Assembly: GCA_045807905.1 (NCBI GenBank)
Contig: JBJMGM010000144.1
Span: 871-64,870, forward strand
DNA length: 64,000 nucleotides
Origin: Bryobacteraceae bacterium
GTDB taxonomy: Bacteria; Acidobacteriota; Terriglobia; Bryobacterales; Bryobacteraceae
Direction: 5' to 3'
Of the stretch, positions 57,662-64,000 are shown piece by piece. Within the stretch, counting starts at the first letter, position 1; each line of letters begins with the position of its first letter. A program made the translations under genes and the position numbers. The notes below the pieces were generated by a model, which ran no database searches, was not told the origin of the DNA, and worked only from the letters and a program-made list of their open reading frames with translations.

Positions 57662-57840
57662 ACTCCCGCACTTCTAGTAGCTGCGGGCTCTATCTCAGTA
57701 TAGGTGCCGAAGCTCTTGTTTCTGCCCCGCTGGGTTCGATGCAGGTATTGAAATCTGCCCAAAAAGAGTCCTTTGAAGTGGGCGTTATGTCTGTAAGGCA
57801 CCGCTCATAAGTAAATGACTGAAAGGATCTTAATAGAGCT

Positions 57841-58569
57841 ATGAGTGAACTTTTGACCGGGAAAAGAGCAATCGTGACAGGAGCCTCGAAGGGCATTGGA
57901 CTCGAGATAGCGAGGGCTCTTCTTTCGGAGGGAGCGGACGTGGTCATCTGCGCGCGCGAGGGCAAAGCTGTGGAAAACGCAGTGGCCAATCTCAGGAAGG
58001 ACGCCCAAGCGCGTAAAGTTACGGGCTGTCCGGCAGACGTCAGCGACAGCAGGCAGGTGAAGCAGCTCTTCGAATTTGCAGATAAAGAGCTGGGTGGGCT
58101 GGACATATTAGTCAATAACGCGGGCACTGGAATTTTCCGAGCGGCTGGAGAACTGACGGTAGAAGAGTGGAACCGTGTGATCGGAACCAACCTTTCCGGT
58201 GCATTCTATTGCACCCGCGAAGCGATTGAGCGTTTCCATACCGCGCGAGGTGGATGGATCATCAACCTCAGCAGTCTCGCAGGGAAGAATCCATTCGTTG
58301 GAGGCTCAGCTTACAACGCCTCCAAATTCGGATTGAATGGCTTTAGCGAAGCCACCATGCTCGATCACCGCAACGACAACGTGCGCGTAAGCTACATTAT
58401 GCCCGGGAGCGTAGATACCGCGTTTGCTGGTCACGAAGCGAAACAGAAGTCTGATTGGAAGATTGCGCCCGAGGATATAGCCGAGATCGTATTGGACATT
58501 TTGCGCAAGCCCGGAAGAACCCTCATCAGTCGAGTTGAGGTGAGACCTTCTCGGCCTCAAAAGTACTAA
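57841..58569 (+). CDS. SDR-family oxidoreductase
   Basis: VTGASKGIGLEIA, NNAG and YNASKFG are present. Confidence 0.85.
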   Translation: MSELLTGKRAIVTGASKGIGLEIARALLSEGADVVICAREGKAVENAVANLRKDAQARKVTGCPADVSDSRQVKQLFEFADKELGGLDILVNNAGTGIFRAAGELTVEEWNRVIGTNLSGAFYCTREAIERFHTARGGWIINLSSLAGKNPFVGGSAYNASKFGLNGFSEATMLDHRNDNVRVSYIMPGSVDTAFAGHEAKQKSDWKIAPEDIAEIVLDILRKPGRTLISRVEVRPSRPQKY

Positions 58570-58760
58570 TCAGAAAAGCCCGATAGACGAAACGGTATCA
58601 ACCACCCTTCATAAAACAGATCCCTCTGACGATGAAGGAAGTAGGAAGCAGCATGGCGGTAATTGTTGAAGCGGAAACGAATTTATAAGCTGGTCCGCAA
58701 ACGTGTCGGGATCAGATCTTCAACCGCCAGCACATGGATGAAAAGAGGGAATGTACGCAT

Positions 58761-59933
58761 ATGAGCCGGCTCCGAAAAGTACTTGATCCTACGAGAACGG
58801 GCAGAGACGCTGAGTCACTGGAGAAGACGCTGCTGAAGCTAGTAGTCGGCCAGAACGAGGCAGTCGAGCAAATCGTAAACATCTATCAGATGTATCTCAC
58901 TGGCCTTTCGGCGCCGGGACGCCCAGTGGGAAATTTCCTTTTCTTAGGACCTACGGGCTCAGGCAAAACCCGCACGGTGGAGGCGACCGCCGAGGCTCTT
59001 GTCCATAATCCACGTGCGGTGATCAAGATCGACTGTGCCGAGTTTCAGCACAGTCACGAAATTGCCAAGCTAATTGGTTCGCCCCCTGGCTACCTGGGAC
59101 ATCGCGAGACGCACCCACTCTTAAGTCAAGAGGTAATCAATCAGCACCACACGGATACGGTAAAGTTAAGCTTTATTCTTTTCGACGAAATCGAGAAGGC
59201 CAGTGACGCTCTTTGGAACTTACTCCTGGGCATTCTCGACAAAGCCACTTTGACGCTGGGTGACAACCGCAAAGTTGATTTCTCCCGTGCCATGATTTTC
59301 ATGACAAGCAATCTAGGCGCTGGCGAGATGAGCGCCTTAATAGCACCCAAACTTGGATTCCACTCAGTTTCGGCCGCCGTACAGCCCTGCCCTGCAAGTG
59401 AAGAGCTTAATAAGAAGATCTCCCGAACCGGTGTTGAGGCTGCCCGGCGCAAATTCACGCCCGAGTTTATTAACCGTATCGATAAAATCGTCGTCTTCAA
59501 ATCACTTGGTCAGCCCGAATTGCGTCGCATTCTCGATCTTGAACTCGGCCAGGTGCAGCAGCGAATCTTGGTATCGCCCGTAGACAAGTCCTTTGTATTC
59601 ACCGTTTCCGCCGCCGGCAAAAACTTTCTGCTAACCGAGGGTACCGACGTTAAGTACGGCGCTCGACATCTGAAACGAGCGATCGAACGGCTGCTTGTCC
59701 ATCCGCTGTCAAACCTGATGGCGACGAATCAGGTGGACGGTGGAGATTGGATTCAGGCGGATGTGCATCCCGAACAGCATTCTCTCGTTTTTACCAAAGA
59801 GGCGGAAGGCATGGAAATGCATGCAATGGCGAGGCTTGCCGGTGATAACTTCCGTATGCCGCAAACCGCTAGCGCCGCTTCTGCTCCCTCAGAGGCCGTA
59901 AGAACTATATCGGCAAAGTCCTCGAAGAAGTAA
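58761..59933 (+). CDS. single-module Clp/Hsp100 AAA+ ATPase (D2-type only)
   Basis: VVGQNEAVEQI, Walker A GPTGSGKT, Walker B ILFDEIEKA, sensor-1 FMTSNLG, TPEFINRID and sensor-2 GARHLKRAIE are present. There is no N-domain, D1 or M-domain. ATG 58761 has AGAGGGA upstream, while ATG 58734 has none. Confidence 0.75.
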   Translation: MSRLRKVLDPTRTGRDAESLEKTLLKLVVGQNEAVEQIVNIYQMYLTGLSAPGRPVGNFLFLGPTGSGKTRTVEATAEALVHNPRAVIKIDCAEFQHSHEIAKLIGSPPGYLGHRETHPLLSQEVINQHHTDTVKLSFILFDEIEKASDALWNLLLGILDKATLTLGDNRKVDFSRAMIFMTSNLGAGEMSALIAPKLGFHSVSAAVQPCPASEELNKKISRTGVEAARRKFTPEFINRIDKIVVFKSLGQPELRRILDLELGQVQQRILVSPVDKSFVFTVSAAGKNFLLTEGTDVKYGARHLKRAIERLLVHPLSNLMATNQVDGGDWIQADVHPEQHSLVFTKEAEGMEMHAMARLAGDNFRMPQTASAASAPSEAVRTISAKSSKK

Positions 59934-59952
59934 ATACCATTAATCAGTGTTG

Positions 59953-61371
59953 CTAAAGGGGCAACTGACTCGATCCCATCAGATAGCTGTCGATATGATG
60001 GGCGGCTCGACGTCCTTCGGCGATCGCCCAAACCACTAGCGATTGCCCCCGCCGCGCGTCTCCGGCCGAAAACACACCGGGCACAGATGTCATATAAGTA
60101 TCGTCGGTCCTAAGGTTACCCCGGATATCCAGGTCCACGGCGAGGTCATCAAGTAAACCCTCGCGGACTGCACCGGAGAAGCCAATCGCAATCAGCACGA
60201 GATCAGCATCGAGGTAGAACTCGCTTCCGGGAACTCGCTCGAGCGCAGGCTTGGGGCCCACGCGAACGCAGTGCAACTTCTTGACGTTTCCTTGCTCGTC
60301 GCCGGTAAAGTGCGTGGTAAGAACACTCCACTCGCGAACTCCACCTTCTTCGTGCGCGGCTTCCACTCGCAACTGCAGCGGCCATAGGGGCCAAGGTGTG
60401 CTGTGGTGACGGTTCGGTGGAGGTAAGGGGTGTATTTGGAACTGGTGAACAGAGGCCGCTTTTTGACGATGTGCGGTTCCCAGGCAATCAGCTCCCGTAT
60501 CACCCCCGCCGATGATGATCACGCGTTTGCCCGTGGCAAGGATATGCTCTTCTTCTGTTAAGCGATCACCCGCGCAGCGCCTGTTCTGCTGCGTTAAGTA
60601 ATCCATTGCGAAGTGAATACCTTTCAAGTCGCGACCGGGTATCGGAAGATCCCGATGTTGCTCGGCACCGACGGCCAACAGCACTGCGCCGAAAGTACTA
60701 AGCAAGGTGCCCGCGCCTCCGCCCACCCGCATATTGGTTCGGAACTCCACGCCTTCCTCAGACAGTTGTTCGAGCCGTTGGTCGACCACCTTCTTTTCGA
60801 GCTTAAAATCGGGGATACCGTAGCGCAACAAACCGCCGATTCGGTCCTGCTTTTCAAAAACCGTAACCAAATGCCCGGCCCGGTTTAGTTGCTGAGCAGC
60901 GGCCAGCCCGGCCGGACCTGATCCCACAATCGCGATTTTCTTGCCAGTTCGCTGTGACGGACGTTCAGCGCGAATCCAGCCTTCATGGAATGCCCGGTCG
61001 GCAATACTTTCCTCGATGAGTTTAATGGCCACCGGTGACTCGTTGATGCTGAGCACGCAGGCCGCCTCGCAGGGGGCTGGACAAATGCGTCCTGTAAGTT
61101 CCGGAAAGTTATTGGTCGCGTGCAGCGCTCGGATGGCTTCGCGCCAACGACCCTTCTCGACCAGATCGTTCCAGGTCGGGATGAGGTTATGTAACGGGCA
61201 CCCGGTATGGCAGAACGGAAGTCCACAATCCATGCAACGCCGCGCCTGTTGTTGAACTTTTTCGGCGGGAAAATCCTGGTAGACCTCAAACCAGTCGTTA
61301 ACCCGCTCTAAGACGGGGCGGCGCTCGGGGGTTTCGCGAGTATATTCCAAGAATCCCGTTGGCCTGCCCAA
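59953..61371 (-). CDS. gltD: glutamate synthase (NADPH) small subunit
   Basis: GFLEYTRE, the Fe-S cysteines CMDCGLPFCH...GCP and CPAPCEAAC, and the dinucleotide folds IAIVGSGPAGLAAA and VIIIGGGDTGADC are present. Confidence 0.9.
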   Translation of the reverse strand: MGRPTGFLEYTRETPERRPVLERVNDWFEVYQDFPAEKVQQQARRCMDCGLPFCHTGCPLHNLIPTWNDLVEKGRWREAIRALHATNNFPELTGRICPAPCEAACVLSINESPVAIKLIEESIADRAFHEGWIRAERPSQRTGKKIAIVGSGPAGLAAAQQLNRAGHLVTVFEKQDRIGGLLRYGIPDFKLEKKVVDQRLEQLSEEGVEFRTNMRVGGGAGTLLSTFGAVLLAVGAEQHRDLPIPGRDLKGIHFAMDYLTQQNRRCAGDRLTEEEHILATGKRVIIIGGGDTGADCLGTAHRQKAASVHQFQIHPLPPPNRHHSTPWPLWPLQLRVEAAHEEGGVREWSVLTTHFTGDEQGNVKKLHCVRVGPKPALERVPGSEFYLDADLVLIAIGFSGAVREGLLDDLAVDLDIRGNLRTDDTYMTSVPGVFSAGDARRGQSLVVWAIAEGRRAAHHIDSYLMGSSQLPL

Positions 61372-61374
61372 GGA

Positions 61375-64000
61375 TTATGCCGCTCCTTTACAAACGGATA
61401 TTTCAGCCGGCGGGATCGCGAGAGTATGCGAAAAAGCGCCCTGCTCAGACGTTCGCGCGACACCGAGTACCTTCTTATACTCGTGAGGAAAGACTTTCAC
61501 GAAGTGCGGTAATGCCTCAGGCCAATTCTCGAGAATGCGCCGCGCGAGTGGACTGCCCGTATACTCTAGGTGCTTAGTGAGCAACTGATGCAACCGCACT
61601 GCATCCTGAGGCTCAAAAATCGGATCGAGGTCAACGCCGGCGCGATTGCAGTGCACGCGGGCAAAATCACCGCTGTCGTCAAAGACGTAAGCGATTCCGC
61701 CACTCATACCGGCGCCGAAATTGCGACCAGTCCGGCCCAGGATGACCACAGTACCGTTAGTCATGTATTCACAGCCATGGTCGCCGACTCCTTCTACCAC
61801 GGCGACAGCCCCGGAGTTTCGAACTGCAAACCGTTCCCCTGCGACTCCGTTGAAGTAAGCTTCGCCACTTGTAGCCCCATACAGCACCGTGTTGCCGATG
61901 AGTATGTTCTGCTCCGGCTCGAAGATCGACCGCCGGGGTGGGAAAACAATGATCTTGCCGCCTGAAAGGCCTTTGCCCACGTAATCGTTTGCATCGCCCT
62001 CGAGCACGAGTGAGACACCTCTGACAAGGAAGGCGCCGAAACTCTGTCCGGCAGATCCGCTGAAATTAATTCGGACGGTGTCTTCGGGCAGGCCCTTCGA
62101 TCCGTGCGTTCGAGCGATCTCACCGCTCAACATGGCACCCACTGTCCTGTGCACGTTCTGAATGGGCATACTGAACTCAGTCGGAGCGCCTTTCTCAATG
62201 GCGTTCTTGGCCAACTTCATGAGGCTGTGATCAAGCGCGTCATTCAATCCATGATCTTGTCCGATGACGCAACGTCGCGCCACCCGTCTTGGAACTTGCG
62301 GATTGTAAAGGATTGTCGAGAAATCAAGGCCGCGCGCTTTCCAATGGTCCACGGCGCTGCGCATCTGAATCATGTCGACGCGACCGATCATCTCGTTCAT
62401 GGTCCGGAAGCCCAGCTTCGCCATCCACTCACGCACTTCTTCTGCCAGATAGAAAAAGAAATTGATGACATGCTCCGGGGTTCCAGCAAATTTCTTTCGC
62501 AACTCCGGATTCTGCGTAGCGATCCCGACCGGGCATGTATTCAAATGGCACTTCCGCATCATGATGCAGCCTAAAGTGACCAGCGGTGCGGTCGAGAACC
62601 CGAACTCTTCCGCACCGAGAAGAGCAGCTATAACAACGTCGCGGCCGGTTTGCAATTTACCGTCTACCTGTACCCGAATCCGGCTGCGCAGGTCGTTCAT
62701 TACTAACACTTGCTGTGTCTCGGCAAGTCCCAGCTCCCATGGGATGCCAGCATGCTTAATGGAGCTCAGTGGCGATGCGCCGGTGCCACCATCGTATCCA
62801 CTGATTAGCACTACGTCGGCGTGAGCCTTGGAAACACCTGCCGCAACGGTTCCTACACCGACTTCCGCAACCAATTTCACGGAAATTCGTGCGGCTGGGC
62901 TGACGTTCTTCAAGTCATAAATTAGCTGCGCCAGATCTTCGATCGAGTAGATATCGTGATGCGGCGGTGGCGAGATCAATCCGACACCCGGAATCGAGTG
63001 GCGCACCCGCGCTATCTCCGAATCCACTTTGTTGCCGGGCAGTTGACCACCTTCTCCAGGTTTGGACCCCTGCGCGATTTTAATCTGCAAGTCATCAGCG
63101 TTTACCAAGTAATTTGTAGTCACGCCAAAACGCGCAGAAGCGACCTGCTTGATTGCACTTCGCTTCGAATCGCCGTTCGGCAGACTGACAAAGCGCGCCT
63201 CGTCCTCGCCGCCTTCGCCCGTATTCGATCGGCCTCCGATGCGGTTCATGGCGATTGCAAGGGTTTCGTGTGCTTCGGCGCTGATCGAGCCAAACGACAT
63301 GGCGCCTGTAGCAAACCGCTTCACGATCTCACTGGCTGGCTCAACCTCTTCAAGTCGAAGCGGTTGCGGAACGGTCTTCAGCTCCATCAATCCACGCAAG
63401 GTGCAGAGTTGCTTACTCTGCTCATCTAGTAGCGTTGTATATTCCTGGAACGTTGCGTAGCTTCGCTGCCTGACAGAGTGCTGGAGCTTACTAACGGTAA
63501 GAGGATTCAGCAGATGGTATTCGCCATTCACGCGATATTGGTAGTTACCACCGACGGCGAGCTCCATATCCGAATCAGACACGGGTTGAAGTGCAAACCG
63601 GTGCTTTTCAATGGCCTCTTTGGCAAGCACGTCCAAACCGATTCCTTCGATTCGTGAAGGCGTGCCCGTGAAGTACCGGTCGACTAATTCCTTATTCAGC
63701 CCCAACGCCTCAAACACCTGGGCTCCGCGGTAGCTTTGCAGCGTGGAGATGCCCATCTTCGAGAAGACTTTCAGCAGGCCTTTGTTGACGGATTTTATGT
63801 AATTCTTAATTGCCGCCTCGGCGGTGATGCCGTCGGGCAATTCCTGCTCACGGACTAGCTCCTCGATGGTTTCAATCGCTAAGTAGGGGTTGATCGCGCT
63901 CGCGCCATAACCGATTAGAAGTGCGTAGTGCATTACTTCCCGCGGCTCACCAGATTCGACGATCAGAGCAACGCCGGTGCGCGTCCCCTCCCGTACCAAG
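61375..64000 (-). CDS. gltB: glutamate synthase large subunit (partial; N-terminal amidotransferase part lies beyond the window)
   Basis: The ORF is open to the window edge. Central, FMN ([12 protein letters not shown], 3Fe-4[14 protein letters not shown]) and C-terminal GXGXG domains ([11 protein letters not shown]) are present. It lies 3 nt upstream of gltD. Confidence 0.95.
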   Translation of the reverse strand, partial: LVREGTRTGVALIVESGEPREVMHYALLIGYGASAINPYLAIETIEELVREQELPDGITAEAAIKNYIKSVNKGLLKVFSKMGISTLQSYRGAQVFEALGLNKELVDRYFTGTPSRIEGIGLDVLAKEAIEKHRFALQPVSDSDMELAVGGNYQYRVNGEYHLLNPLTVSKLQHSVRQRSYATFQEYTTLLDEQSKQLCTLRGLMELKTVPQPLRLEEVEPASEIVKRFATGAMSFGSISAEAHETLAIAMNRIGGRSNTGEGGEDEARFVSLPNGDSKRSAIKQVASARFGVTTNYLVNADDLQIKIAQGSKPGEGGQLPGNKVDSEIARVRHSIPGVGLISPPPHHDIYSIEDLAQLIYDLKNVSPAARISVKLVAEVGVGTVAAGVSKAHADVVLISGYDGGTGASPLSSIKHAGIPWELGLAETQQVLVMNDLRSRIRVQVDGKLQTGRDVVIAALLGAEEFGFSTAPLVTLGCIMMRKCHLNTCPVGIATQNPELRKKFAGTPEHVINFFFYLAEEVREWMAKLGFRTMNEMIGRVDMIQMRSAVDHWKARGLDFSTILYNPQVPRRVARRCVIGQDHGLNDALDHSLMKLAKNAIEKGAPTEFSMPIQNVHRTVGAMLSGEIARTHGSKGLPEDTVRINFSGSAGQSFGAFLVRGVSLVLEGDANDYVGKGLSGGKIIVFPPRRSIFEPEQNILIGNTVLYGATSGEAYFNGVAGERFAVRNSGAVAVVEGVGDHGCEYMTNGTVVILGRTGRNFGAGMSGGIAYVFDDSGDFARVHCNRAGVDLDPIFEPQDAVRLHQLLTKHLEYTGSPLARRILENWPEALPHFVKVFPHEYKKVLGVARTSEQGAFSHTLAIPPAEISVCKGAA

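Noticed and set aside
1-64000. Search for a mobile element, prophage, CRISPR or defence island
   Set aside because: I found no integrase, transposase or recombinase, no Cas, restriction or toxin-antitoxin-like genes, no flanking tRNA, no direct repeats and no obvious compositional break. The window reads as core chromosome.

Overview
This 64-kb window is densely packed bacterial chromosome with about 48 CDS and moderately high GC. I found no rRNA, tRNA, CRISPR array, transposase, integrase or phage gene. Gene content points to Acidobacteriota: two roughly 1,170-1,200-aa Oar-like TonB-dependent receptors with N-terminal carboxypeptidase-regulatory-like domains, two PEP-CTERM proteins, HAF repeats, and GT2/GT39 envelope enzymes. 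I cannot name the organism. Recognisable housekeeping blocks are speA-trmJ, a hemX-like/hemA/hemC/hemD operon, gltB (partial, runs off the right edge)-gltD, glgX, an RND efflux pair, kdpE with a sensor-less kdpD-like kinase, NDH-2, and several SDR and aldo-keto reductases. The candidates most worth follow-up are listed here. (1) A single polypeptide fusing an adenylate-forming ligase, a carrier domain and a PlsC-type acyltransferase (50879-53329). (2) A tight poxB / LarA-like (DUF2088) / FAD-FeS 2-hydroxyacid dehydrogenase operon (10303-16476). (3) A second LarA-like paralogue coupled to a UdgX-type covalent uracil-DNA-binding protein (30061-32023). (4) A D2-only Clp/Hsp100 ATPase that keeps a ClpP-docking LGF loop (58761-59933). 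(5) A small PEP-CTERM protein whose Cys and Gln motifs resemble internal-thioester adhesin domains (36481-37131). I see no evidence for a mobile or defence island. The novel-system candidates are metabolic or envelope modules. All family assignments rest on reading motifs in the supplied translations, with no database search.
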